Positions 51,403 to 64,000 of a stretch of 64,000 nt of DNA are shown here, piece by piece. The DNA is from Dicyema japonicum. Lineage: Eukaryota > Animalia > Dicyemida. Made by a program: the position numbers and the translations under genes. Numbering within the stretch: the stretch's first letter is position 1; every line of letters starts with the position of its first letter. The notes beneath the pieces were generated by a model. The model was not told the DNA's origin. It saw only the letters and a list, made by a program, of their open reading frames with translations, and made no database searches. The DNA is taken from the NCBI GenBank assembly GCA_011109175.1, contig RDEW01000020.1, forward strand, positions 614,514-678,513, given 5' to 3'.

Positions 51403-51474
51403 GGCTCCATGGCTCAGTGGTAGAGCGTCTGTCTAGTAAACAGAAGGTCGCGAGTTCGATCCTCGCTGGAGCCT
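51403..51474 (+). tRNA. tRNA-Thr(AGT)
   Basis: Acceptor GGCTCCA/TGGAGCC, D arm GCTC/GAGC, anticodon arm TCTGT-CTAGTAA-ACAGA, T arm GCGAG-TTCGATC-CTCGC, followed by TTTT. Confidence 0.96.
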
Positions 51475-51534
51475 TTTATGTTTAAATTAAACTATTGACA
51501 AATAATTATTTTCTAAATACAGATTATAAAAATT

Positions 51535-51654
51535 AACATGTCGGGTTTATTATCTCCACCATACAAGACCAAGAGAGTTTCTACTCAACTGTATACAACA
51601 TGTCGGGTTTATTATCTCCACCATACAAGACCAAGAGATTTTCTACCCAACTGT
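51535..51654. repeat. Tandem duplication, 62-nt unit x ~2
   Basis: AACATGTCGGGTTTATTATCTCCACCATACAAGACCAAGAGA... starts at 51535 and at 51597. Confidence 0.9.
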
Positions 51655-51859
51655 GTTATAATCTAGTCCGGACGTAAAATTCTATTTTTTAATCTTACCT
51701 TATATTCATTACTGGTGATTGGAATGCCAGAACTGGAAAAGCAAGACCTGGTGGCTGCTGCATAGGACGACAGGAATCAGTGAAATTTTCCTTGCGAAGC
51801 ATTTGTTCAATTCTCCTAGTCTTTTGACTTATCACAAATACAGCATTTAAACATTCTGC

Positions 51860-53130
51860 TAGAATACCTGGGTTGGATCTAGAACTGGAAATATGATCAT
51901 TGATGGCCATTAAAAAGTCGTATTACGAAGATTCTTTCAACACAAAAGACAAAGGTGCATTGAACCAAGAACAGAAAAGTCTCCTCTGCCCCAACCCTTA
52001 ATGTTAAGAGAAACTCGAAGCAATTAAGTAGTTGAATTCCGTAGATCCGCTGAACCAGACAACATCTCCGCAGAACTACTGAAGCTGAAACAATCCCACA
52101 TATAATCAATCGTTTATTTAAGGAAGACAACTCCCTTGATATTAGTAAAGGATAATTGATTCCATTACATAAACCTGGTAACCCCAGAGGGTCTTTATGC
52201 AAACAGAGACATAATTTTACTAACGACTCTTCAAAAAACTTTATCCATAATTGCACAGAATAAAAGACTAAAGATATCTTTCTCTTGGTCAAAGTGGATT
52301 CAGAGAAAAACGGTCGATGGTCCATTTCATTATGCAAGAAATACAAAAGATCAATACAAGTCCTTGGAATTGACATGTCCCGAGTCTTTGCTTCAGTCCT
52401 CGAGAAATGCTTTTAAATGTTTTAAAACGTTTCTTCATCAGGAGGACATAAGACCATCTTGTAAAAATACACAATTATCAGTAAAAATTGGAAAATCATA
52501 GGAAGATTCATTAAATCGTCACGTGGGGCACCACAAGGAGATTGTTTATTTCCTATTTGTGGTTTATCTTGAAGTTACACAGAGTATTCAGATTAGTAGT
52601 CAAAGATAATTACTACGAGATAACTTACACCAATGATTTAGACTTTGCTGACCCATTCGTATTAACAATACTGACGTACAACTGTGCAACCTGGGGACTC
52701 TCAAAGTAGGAAACCAGAACCTGACAGCTTTTATAACTCTCTGTTGCGTAAAGATACAATATCCGGTAAAGATCTCAAACTCGAATCTATAAAAGCGTAG
52801 CAAATTTCACAAACTATGGATATCTTAAAATCAAGATGGAGGCTTTTCATATACGAAATGGAAATAGATACTCCTACAAATATTGTATTGGAAACGTACT
52901 TTACTCTATGCGGAGGAGCATTTGGTGGAAGGCCAAGAGCTACAATCTATTTTGAACCTGGGACTGAAAATTATAGGAAACTTGATAACTCACAAGAACT
53001 TGAATACTTAGAAAAAACAAGAAACAGGACTTGGAAGATGATAATTATCGAAACTGTTATAAACGTGACACAAGGAAAGCTTAATTAACTTTATGAAGAC
53101 CAAGTACATTGTCCCTTTGTGAATTGGCAC
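51860..53130 (+). mobile_element. Decayed RTE LINE
   Basis: LIPLHKPGNPRG, LGIDMSR, GAPQGDCL, ILKSRWRLF and GGRPRAT...AQGKLN. Confidence 0.75.
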
Positions 53131-53179
53131 TACAGGTTCAAATAGCATTTCTACATATTAGTTTGCTGTTTCCTCTAAA

Positions 53180-53590
53180 TAATAATAAAGAAAATCAATT
53201 GTAATTAACACTATGCAAACTGAATTCTCCTCTTTGGGGATTGGCCCTTTGTATCACCCTCACTGTTCCCTCGTATACCACTTGGGAAAGCAAATCACTA
53301 GACAAGACAGCTGTTTCTCTTGGTTCCTCTTTGACGTTACCTCCGAGTTCACAGTCTCTTGAGATAAGATAATTAGTAACTCTTGTAACCTCATCATCAT
53401 AGTCATCAACTTTCAGACCATGTCTATGCTCGATTATCATGCACTCTAAAGTTTTTTAATCGTCATTGTTTGGATGTACGCCCCTGTAGAGACATCCACG
53501 TTGAGTCTTTCCATATAGGACTTGTAGTACTTTGTTACTACTCCATCCCATGTCAAACAATCTGAATTATTGTCATTTTGGCGTTGTGAA
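53180..53590 (-). mobile_element. R4-like RLE element C-terminus and 3' end
   Basis: CLTWDGVVTKYYKSYMERLNVD...AYIQTMTIKK..IIEHRHG; the 3' part is duplicated at 2030-2275. Confidence 0.65.
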
Positions 53591-54079
53591 TTTGTGCTAC
53601 TTCCAAACAAGTTATTATGTGATAATATATAATCTGTGGTTTGTCTCCTCAATATAATGTGAATACCGATATCACACGTAACTCCATCCAAAACCATAAA
53701 AGGGGGAGGAAGAATCAAATCTTGACAGATGTGGGGAAAATTAGTCCTTTATGTATTAAACTACCATTTAACCTATATAATGATGCTGGGGTATTCGAAG
53801 ATCTGCATAACACATTGGGAGTTTAATAAAATCTAACCAAAGTGTGTTACTACTCAATCAGAAAATTGAAAAAGATGATCATAAATATCATAGAGATGCT
53901 ATGATTATTACCTCCAAATTTAGTAATTGATGTCAATCCCCCGCGATGGTGGAAGCCTACAAGAAAAGTTCAATACTCAGAGTAACCGAAAGAAGAACAA
54001 CTTGATTCAGCATGTAAAAGCCAAACTTACTGAACTGAAAAAACTAATCCAACAAATAAAAGCTTATTTATAAAAATAA

Positions 54080-54510
54080 AAATCGGTTAATGCAATCGTG
54101 TTCCCGGTTTTTCTATACGGCGCAGAATCATGGATACTGAAAAATTAATTCTTTTGTACTGTGGTGCTGGAGGAAGTTACTAAGAATCCCTTGGACTTCC
54201 AAATAACAAACATCGATGTACTCAAACGGGTAGAGACGGACATTTCGCTAGAAGGAAGAATCGAAAAACACAGATTAGCGTTCTTTGGGCATGTTGTCCA
54301 CTCTGACTCCCAGGAAAGACCCATTATGCTGAGCAATATAACTGGGAAGAGAAGACCTGGCCGACCGAGGACTCGGTGGCTATCCACGGTAGAAGACGTC
54401 ACGGGAATGCATATATCAAGGCTACTCCAAATTGCAACGGATCGGGAGAGTGGAGGAAACTCGTTCATGAGATCTCCAAGGGTCGGACGCGACTTAATTG
54501 GACAACATAA
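54080..54510 (+). mobile_element. RTE-like LINE C-terminus (BovB-type subfamily)
   Basis: ITNIDVLKRV...RLAFFGHVV...ITGKRRPGRPRTRWLSTV...ATDRES. Confidence 0.75.
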
Positions 54511-55657
54511 TATTGATAAAAATCAAAGATATGACGAGGGATATGCTTTGCTAGTATATAAAAAGGTAAAAAAGAATGAATTGGGAAGAATCTGTGTTTG
54601 TATTAATGACATAAAGATTGTGGAGAAAAAACTTTGTTAACGAAAACGATTTATTTTGGTAGAATATTTGTAATAAGCACTTTGGATGGACAAGAGACTA
54701 ACTTAGACAGAATTTATTAAAAAAGCATTCTCGAAGTAATTAAACACATTCAGATTATAGAACTAGTAGGTATGATATAGTGTACAACTTCTCTCTAAAG
54801 TCATATTGATTAATGACCACCCCTGTGAAGTTGTCAAGATAATACACGAAAGTATAGTCCAACTGAGTGGTTCTACACTAAAATTGCCTATCTTATCCCT
54901 AAGAAAGACGTGTGCTATACCACAAATACTATTTACATGTCCAATTTATGTATTAGTTGGCTACCAAGTGTGTCAACATAAAATTTTCATATAAGCTAGT
55001 TATTGATAACCCTGACCAAAGATCTCATCTGTTTATATTTTCTCGAAAGAAAACACAAAGATGATGATGAAGGAGGTTACTACTTTTTCTGAAGCCGCTA
55101 TAGAAGCTTGCTACTAGTGTGTTTGGCGTGGGATCTGAAGCTAGTTCGCTTGACAGAATGAATGGATGTCGATAGCTTGGGGTACTAGAGGATAGAATAG
55201 CAACATCTTGAAAAACGAAGTGTTGAAGTTAATATTTAAAGGGGATAATAAATTTTTAATCGAACAAATACGGAGGAAGCAATCGAATTGAACTCTTTTC
55301 GAGTGTTGATAATATCAAAGTTGGCTGATCATCTGGTAGTTATCGCATGGAAATAGTTTCCTGCGTCAGGATTGCTATATCTTATACAGGAACGCAATTT
55401 ATTCTTCAACTATGGTGGAGAAAATTGAAGCCACTGTAATTTTGCCAAGAAAAGTGTCTACTACTTGGGAGCAATATGTGGTCACATGTTAACATGAGGT
55501 ATTTAAATGCATAATCTGTCGTCAATGTGGGATTAAGATGACTAAGTGACTAAGAGATACTCCATGTATTGATATTCTATTGATCTGTTTGTGATGACTA
55601 GGACTATCAATGAGTAGTTATAGTGAAAGAAACCAAAATATCCATAATTAACTAATA

Positions 55658-58600
55658 TTATCTTTTAGATCTTAATATTATGAAAATACATACTTTTTAA
55701 GTCTGCTGATTTCATTTTGGAGATCTTGTACTTGTTCCTCAAGTTCTTCTTTAATAAAATTAATTTTCTTTAATTTATTTTTACTAGAATCAGCGTCATC
55801 TTCAGCTTCTTCATATTGTTTTTTAATAGACCTGTATCGTGACATGAGTGTGTCATACTAATAATATATTATCAAATAACATCAGATTTGTATTTGTCAA
55901 TATCCCCCTGTAGTATTTCTGTGAGTGAGACTGCCTCCTTCATTTTCTTGTTTGCTATTTTTAATTTCTTATCTGATTCTTGTCGTTGTCTTTATAAACA
56001 TAATGATAAACCTAATCTCCTCATCAATCTGAGTTTCAATAAAATCACATTTCTTTAATTTTGATTGTAAATTATTATTTGTGTTGTTACATTTATCTAT
56101 TTCTAATTGCATTTCCTCAATTTGAGCGTTCAATTCTTTGTTTTTCTTATCATTCATTGTGATCTGCTTTAATGATTTCTCAAAATTATTCTTCAATAAT
56201 GACAATTCACTCATATTTTGCTCTTTCTTACATTAAATTAGTAATCTACCCAAATGCTTGATTTTCTAAGTTCATCCTCCAATTCCTCAAAATTAGTCCT
56301 TTCCTCCTCCAGATCTGCCTTGAGATTATTGACTGTCTTCTTCAAAAGTGAATTCTCATGATGAGATTGAGATCTAAAATTACAATATAATCTACAATTT
56401 ATTAGACAGTGACTCTAATTCCTCAGTGTTATGATCCCTATCAGATGTAACATTCTTTAGAGCATGCTGTAGTTGTTCTATTCTCTCACTCATTTCCTTT
56501 CCTGCACTCACTGATGACTGAATCTTTGATTGCAGTTGATTACACGAAGAACTCAATGTATTATTCTCATTTTGAAGATTTTCCAATGTAGATAACTTTT
56601 CTTTGTACAAATTCTAACATTTTATTAATATTTACATTTTGCTTTTTATTTTGTTTACCAAGTTCTTCCACAGTTTCCTCAAGTTCATTTATCCTCTCGA
56701 ATGCACTCACAGAGTCATTCTCCATTTTCTTTTTAGCTGTAATAGCTGCTGTCTTTGCCTTTCGTTCATCTTCCAATTCATCCCTAATTTCTTCAATCTA
56801 CAATATACTTAATAAACACACCTTTTTGGAAGTACTTCTTATCTTTTCTTCATATTCATCACTCAATTCATTCAAACGACGACAATTATCAGTACGTTCT
56901 GCTTGAAAGGCTACTTCCTTTCGACTCATTCACTCTGTGTAGTGTACAACTCATCCTGTAATTCCTCCAGTTGACATGACAGGTCATCAGTCTTCCTCTT
57001 ATATTCCCTCAACTGACTTTTCATATTGACATTCTACAATATTATTTCATTTAAAACATCAGCAGCCTCTCCCGAAACTGTAGACTTTACATCACTCAAT
57101 TCCTTAGTGAGGACCATCTGTTTTTTAGTCAATTCATCATTTTCGTTGTTCTTTTCCTCCAATTCTCTTGTAAGTGATAATAATTTGCTTTCACTATTTC
57201 TAATCTCCTGTTCAAGCTTGTCCTTCTCTTTAGTCAAACTAATAATGAGTAATATAATACTTATCATTCAATGACTTTACTTCACTCATTGCAATATCAA
57301 ATTTCTTTTGCTTCTTTCCTTGTTCTGACAATGCAAGCTCATTTGACTCAATCAATGTCATTGCATCCATCAACTTTTCATTATTATAATCATCACCTCC
57401 TGCTGGTAAGTTGAACTTGCCTTCTCTGCCTTGTGCTTTAAACTTGATAATATTTCTAATTCTATTTTCATACTTTCCAATTCTTTCTGTAATTTCTTTA
57501 AACTATTCTCCTTCTCTTCCCTCTCTTCATTTGTCATTCTCATTTCCTTTAAAGCATCATCATACTTTATATTCATTACTACAATTACCTTTGACTGTAA
57601 TTGACTTAGTTGACGTCCTTTTACTTCTGAATTTGAATATTCTTCTTCAATTTGGTCATTTAATTCTGATATTTTACTCTCCAGTCTGTTTATCTGACTA
57701 TTACTCTTCCTAACTGAATCCTGCTCGTCTTGTAATTTTGAGTTCACGTCTTCCAATCTATCTACTGTGGCTTTCAACTTTCTTTCCAATTCAGTAGTAT
57801 TATTTTCTAATTTATCATTAATTTCTGTTAATTTTGTAATTTCATTCTAATCATTATTAAAACATTACAACCTTGCTTTTATTTATTATCTCGATTAAAT
57901 CACTATTTTGCTTCTCATACTCACTATTCTTATTACCTAAATTAATAAATAAATATTCCATTTAAATAAATTAATAAAATATTATTACCCATTTCCATTA
58001 TTTCATTCTCTAATTGCTTTCGTTTTTTATCCCCATCTTGTTTTGACTTGACAATATTGCTATTCTCCCCCATCATCTCTTCTTTCTCATTCTCTAACAC
58101 CTTTACTTTCTTTGTTAACCCATTTTCACTCTAATTTTATTATAATATTCCACCTTCTTTAGTGATTCCAGTTCTTCTTTAAGTTGACTTATCGTTTCAT
58201 TTGCTTGCTTTTTATGACTTCTCAGTGCATCCTCGTTTGATATCTTTGTCTCTTCCAACTTCTTCTGAAGACTAATCACTTTGTTTTCCTTTTCACGCAC
58301 CAAATTACGCTCGGCCTCATTCAAATTGGCAGTCTCTTCTTGCTGCTGTGTGATTTCATCAATTTCCTTAATTGTAACTTTAATCAACTTTTAATAAATC
58401 ATGTTTTGCCTTTTCTAGATTTTTCTTCTTTTGAACTTCTGTCTCTAATTCTTCCTTTAACTCATCAATTGTGTATTTCAGTTCCCTGTTTGTCTTTATG
58501 GCAGTCTCCTTTTGCATTGCCTCCTCTTCCGCCCTTAATATGTCACTTTAACATCAAACTTTGAGGAAACAACAGTTAACTGTTCAGTCTTAGAAGACAA

Positions 58601-61600
58601 ATTTTGGGTTAATCGTTGAATATCTGTATTTTTCTTTTCAATATTTTCTTGAAGTTCAGCGTGGTCATCCTCTAATTTTCTATAAAGTTTTTGTATATTT
58701 GATTTGTCCTAAAATATGAATTTGTAATAAACAGTGGTTTCCTTTTGTAGTTGATTATGTAATTCTTCAATGTGTGTTTCCAACTTTTTAATGGTCTTTT
58801 GCATATTCTTACTTTGGTCTTGCTCAGCATGGAACAATTCCTCAGTTTTTGCATATTAGACTCCACAATCTTCTTTTCCTTAGCAACCTATAATAAGTAT
58901 TAAATGACATTATCCAGTAAATGCATTTTATTTGAAAGATCGTCTGTCTGTTCCTGCAATCGTTGTTCTATAGTGCTTTTGTCCTGCTTTAGTTTGGCAT
59001 GCTTTTCCTCCTGTTCTTTCAATCTACTCATTTTAATAAATATTACATTCTCTCGGATTCTGATAATAATTCTCTCAGTTGGTTTATTTCCCCTTGATTC
59101 TTTTTGTATGCTGTTTCCATTTCCTGCATATCCTCGTTCATAACATCAATAAGAGTCTCCAATTCTGTAATCTTCTTGAGGAGTTGGCTTATTTCCTTGA
59201 ATAAAGGGAAATAGACTTGTTGATTGTCGTCATTTCGTTCAGACTCATCTGCTAGTTTTTGTGACTTGTCTGATATCTCATGTTCGAGTTTGTCTATTTG
59301 TCGTTGTCTTTGTTCGTCAAGAGCCGTCAATTTTTCATATTTATCTCTGAGAGAGTGAAGCTCATTTTCTCTGTCTTTTTTCTCATCATCTTGTTTCTTA
59401 AAGTCAACAAGTGGTAATAACTAATGAATAAGGAATAAGACAACTTTACTGTACAATTTAAACCACGACCACTCCCTAAGGTTTATATAATTTTTGCAGT
59501 TCTGTTGAATAACATGTATACTAGACAATAAACTCTCCCTTTTTATATGATGTCTTACTATAAGTAATCATATACTTTATGGACAGAAACATTCTGCACT
59601 GTGTGGTTAATTCAGTCACTATTAGGTTAAGTTTATTGTCCCTCTCTTCTTCCAGATTAGACAACACTCCTGCACGAAAGAATATCTTTGAGGTTCCCAA
59701 TCTATACAGGGATGAGTCCAATTCCAGTTCATTAATCTATTTATTTAATAGAATAACCATATTCTCTGTTGCTTTACGACTATCCATAAAGCTATCACGA
59801 CTATTCATATCAACACTCGACACAAGCAGAACATATCTTTGAACGAAATTTTGGTAAAAGACTCTGTTTGGGAATCCTTGACGACATATTCTTATCCCCT
59901 CGAGGACTCCATTACATCGAAGTTGATCCAAAACAAGATGAGGATCAATAATTCCTGGCTATTCATATATAATAAAAATACCTTTTTTAATAGATTAGGA
60001 ATTATACAACGAACAAAATGAACATTAGTCGTATACAGTGTATCAATTAATTTAGTCAACTGTCCTTTATAGAGTTGAGACACTGTCCTCAACATTCCTC
60101 GTTTCTTTTTAGTATCATCCATGTGACCTACAATAAACTAAATTAATTACCTTCTTTCCATATTTCAGCAATCAGAGAGTTTGATGAACTTGATAATACG
60201 GACGCAACATTGTCATTCAAAGGGTCAGCATTCTTGGTAATCCAGTCGACACAATAATAGTATACCTATATTCTATACATACACCTACCTTCCCAGCATA
60301 ATGATAAATTCCAAAATCACTAAAAGTGGACAGTTTTTCTGAATTTATAAATTTATTCTTATTTTTATTTTGGGAGATGAGTTTATCAACTAATGATTGG
60401 TAAGTGGATTTGGGGAATAGGCATTCTTCATCGAGAATAGAGAGTATTCCCAGAGGCTGAGTAATTTATAAATAAACTTTTTCAATAAGGTCTATGGTTG
60501 GCTGTAAATCCAAACCAAAGTCAATAAAGTCCCAAGGAATATTTTCCTTTTTGTATTCCTCCTGTTCTAATATGAACATTGTGTGATTGAATAGCTGCTG
60601 TAGTTTCTCATTTGTAAAGTTTATGCAGAGTTGTTCGAATCCATTAATCTGTATAATATTACAACAAACCTTAAATATTTCAAATCCGGCAATATCCAAA
60701 ATTCCTATGAAATTTTCATGTGACAATTTATTTTTGTTTAATTGTTTGTTAATGAATGCAACAATGTAACCAAACAGTTTCTCATATGTAGCCTTTGCAA
60801 TTGATTCCACTGAAAATATAGCCTTTATAAGTAATATGGACAACCTGGTCTTTGGTTTGTACCTTCTTTACAGTTTCTGACCCAACTTTAAATTTAGGAT
60901 TTAGTATTGCCTGTGTGAATCCAACAATTTGAATTCCTAAAAGATGACACATTTTCTGAACATCTAAAATAAATATAAAATTACATGAATTATCAGGAAG
61001 TGTTGCTTGGTCATTATTCCTCTCCCTTCCGAATATTATTTTCCCCAGAGTGAGTATGCCACACAATATTTGAAATATATTTTTGATGACTTCATCAGAA
61101 AAGCCAACATTTTGTAATGCTTTGAATGTCAGAGTGGGAGTATCATCTACGCCAATAACGTGCATTTCTCCATTAGTGAAATATGGGTACTCCTTTATGT
61201 CCTCAAGCAAAAACTCGCCTATTATGTAAACAAGTCATAACCTGCAAATGGAAAGTCTTTAGAAAAAAGTTGATGAAAAATATGAAAATTCCGTTCATTG
61301 TCAGTTTGTCTTATGACTCTGCTCTTTTCAAGTAAATCTAAAAAATAAGTATGAGCCAACATGTGTCAATATTGACAGAGGAAATGGATCCTGATGGATC
61401 GAAATAAATTTTAATGAATTTTCCCTGTAATGATTAGAAAGATAAACAAATCTAGAAGAATTATCATTTTTAATAGTTTTAGCATTTCCGAATGATTCCA
61501 AAATGGGGTTAATTAATAGTAATCTTTGGTTAATATCCTCCTATTAATAAACAATAGTGACAACCCCACATGATTTATCTGTCCTGGCAATATGAGCCAA

Positions 61601-62224
61601 ATACTGAATTATCTTTTTAGTGTTTTCAGTTTTACCAGCCCCAGACTCACCCCTATATTTATTATAACAGATTACGTGCAGAGGATTGACTGGTTGTCAC
61701 GACCTAATATATTTACTCAATCATACATTCTATCAAATTCTTATACGCAACTGACGAAATGGCAAACACATGAGGAGGTACTTCTGTCTTTCTTTTCATG
61801 TTGTAAATATTTGCAATATCATTACTGTATATAGGAATACTTCTATATGGATTGATTACCACACAAAATAGTCCTGAATATGTCTTTGTCTTAGTATTAT
61901 ATTTACATATATCAGTCCACTATTATAACGACTTGATATGTTGTGCAGCACTGATGCTTCATTCAAACATGTCAATTCACACATGTCCTCCACTTTATCA
62001 AACTTTGGGGGGTTCATTTTGTGCAAATCCATTTTTGATACTTTCTTACTTTCACCACTCTTCAATTTTACTGACACTTCTTCTCCATCTATATTTACTA
62101 TGCTTGCTTCGACAAATCCTTTATCAACATCAGGAATCCATATCATCTTCTTACTAGCCCAGTCTTTGTCATCCTCAGTTATATTTCTTTCCAAGTATTT
62201 CAATCCTTCTGACTCGATACTCAT
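55658..62224 (-). CDS. Non-muscle myosin II heavy chain (MYH9/10/zipper-like), ~30 tiny introns, one apparent 1-nt deletion
   Basis: [22 protein letters not shown]-loop [65 protein letters not shown], and a long coiled-coil tail with LEDERK...AKKKME. Confidence 0.95.
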
Positions 62225-62399
62225 TATTATTATTACTTATTATTTTATTATTTTATTATTATTATTTTTATTATTTTATTATTTTATTTAACATTATTTT
62301 ATTTAATCACATTTTTTTCAACTTGGTCGATATATCAAATAATTTTAGTTATTCAAAGATCCTTGTCGATTGAAATAAGCAAATACCATCAATCATAGT

Positions 62400-64000
62400 C
62401 TTTAAACAAAATATATTTAATTATCACTAAATATTTCTGATTTGACATAATTATGCTGCATAACTAAGTTTTAATAATTCTCATTAAACCTCAACAAGAC
62501 TCTTCTCACACTCAGAATTTAATAATTTGAGGTCTTAAGACTTTCATGGAACTCGTGTTTATACTTAATGGACATGAATTACAGTATCTCTCTGAAATAA
62601 CACAATTTCTCATTAAAATTGGGTCATCCAAATAGAATATTAATTTTATCTTTAAAGGAAGTATATATTTAAATCTAAATAGCATCCAGATGGTTGGAGA
62701 CAGAGACAGTGCCAATATTTGGTCTAATTGTTTGATAATATTGACATTGAGGAATCTTTCTAGTTAGAAGGCTATTTGTCATAAGGGTTCTGGATTGTCA
62801 CAAATTTAATAAGAGACTCCTCTTGGCAGAAATTGTACCGGTCAGGTGAGAACTTTATAAATGCTTCATTTGCTTGTTATCAAAAGGCTGCAAGCTTCTT
62901 CAGCTGACTGTTCTTTATGAATTTGCATATAAGAAGTAGCCAAGTATGGCCGAGTAACATTGGAGGACTTAAAGATACTCATTCACAAAGATTAGAGGAA
63001 TTAGCTCAGTGACAAATAGTCAAACAAATTTGAATGACAGTTTGAGTGCAGGGGAACCTCTTTTGCTAAAGATCTGGTGTTTCGTAGAATATGACAATTC
63101 CATTTTATCAAAATTAAGAGAATTATTAAAGAATAGATAGCTGACATAATATAATGAGTAATACCACAGATTACAAAAGACAGTCAGCAGGGACGATGGC
63201 CATTTCGTGACTATGTAGGAATCATCATAGCTCCAGATGGTCTTGGTACGTCTCCTTCTTTTAACTGAGACTCATGATTACAAACTTCAGACTGCACATT
63301 TCACATAGGAGTCTAAGCTTACCAAATCTGTCTCCACTCAAAAATACTCTGTACTCCGAAAGGATCGGGTGATGGGACCTGGCAGAACTCCAACAATTAT
63401 CAGAATCTGAATTGTGTTCAATGATATCTTCCATGTTGTGTCCTCTATGAAGGGATAAGCTGTAACAGATTTCTATTGAACTTTCTTGACATCGAAGCGT
63501 TTTATATTCTCGAACGTCTGATTCCTCTTCAGGGGTGCCCGACCACACATATTTTTAACCTATCGAGACTATAAAGAGACAGTAAGCATTGTCGTGGACT
63601 ATAGCGATCCAATGGGCTGAGAGAATCATCTTAGTTCACGGGTGTCTCTGGGTCGTTTGCGGTGATTTGAATAGCAAACATTCCCATTTCTGTAGTCTCA
63701 ACCAACTAATAGTTGAGGATATTGTCGTCCTTAGATCAGGTGGTTAATTTTTACAATCCAAATGTTCATACCATGGATACCCCCACTTCTCCGGATATGT
63801 TTTTATGTACTTCACTTGCAGAGTATCTTTAATAGGCCAACCAAAATACCTTTTTTGTGTCGTGGTGTTCTACAAAGTTTGAAAATTATGTTAAAGCTGA
63901 CTGGTTCGGCCTCTCCACGTATGTAGGAGACATTCTACTGAAAGTATTTCAACCTAAAAACAGCAAAAATACTGTCGTCAGTGATTTTGTAAAACAGGTG
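62400..64000 (-). mobile_element. Highly decayed non-LTR RT remnant (RLE-type?), runs off the window end
   Basis: Minus strand DDSLSPLD near 63610-63635 and TCFYKI-like residues near 63990; many stops. Confidence 0.4.

Noticed and set aside
51535-51654. Repeat next to tRNA-Thr as a CRISPR-like array or integration (att) site
   Set aside because: Only two adjacent units with no spacers and no similarity to the tRNA 3' end; it is a simple tandem duplication.
57026-62291. Plus-strand ORFs over myosin, and similar antisense ORFs over PKG, RPS2, DNAAF5 and the TEs
   Set aside because: These are shadow ORFs of real genes or elements on the opposite strand or frame, with no independent motifs.

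Overview
AT-rich eukaryotic nuclear DNA in the standard genetic code, almost certainly from an animal: it carries non-muscle myosin II and a leucine-zipper PKG, plus motile-cilia and centrosome genes. Ten protein genes can be reconstructed by hand (CSPP1-like, RPS23, MSMO1, SNX5/6-like, TMED10, PKG, RPS2, G3BP-like, DNAAF5, myosin II heavy chain), along with a truncated PKG duplicate and two tRNAs (Leu-AAG, Thr-AGT). Nine of the ten genes are split by roughly 70-80 spliceosomal introns in total, nearly all 20-26 nt, with only GT...AG conserved. This resembles what is described for dicyemid mesozoans, but the taxon is an inference. The intergenic DNA is mostly decayed non-LTR retrotransposons (RTE, CRE-type and R4-type RLE elements, I/Jockey-group) plus a tRNA-derived SINE. 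The most notable signals are: (1) an apparent ~20-nt floor for 3' splice-site choice; (2) an ACGTGTT motif abutting the ATG of several housekeeping genes; (3) recurrent missing purines in otherwise intact essential genes, most likely long-read indel errors, although editing or frameshifting is not excluded; (4) a PKG duplicate reduced to its dimerisation and autoinhibitory segment; (5) a covarying 3' stem-loop shared by many LINE remnants. Gene models and TE boundaries are manual and approximate.
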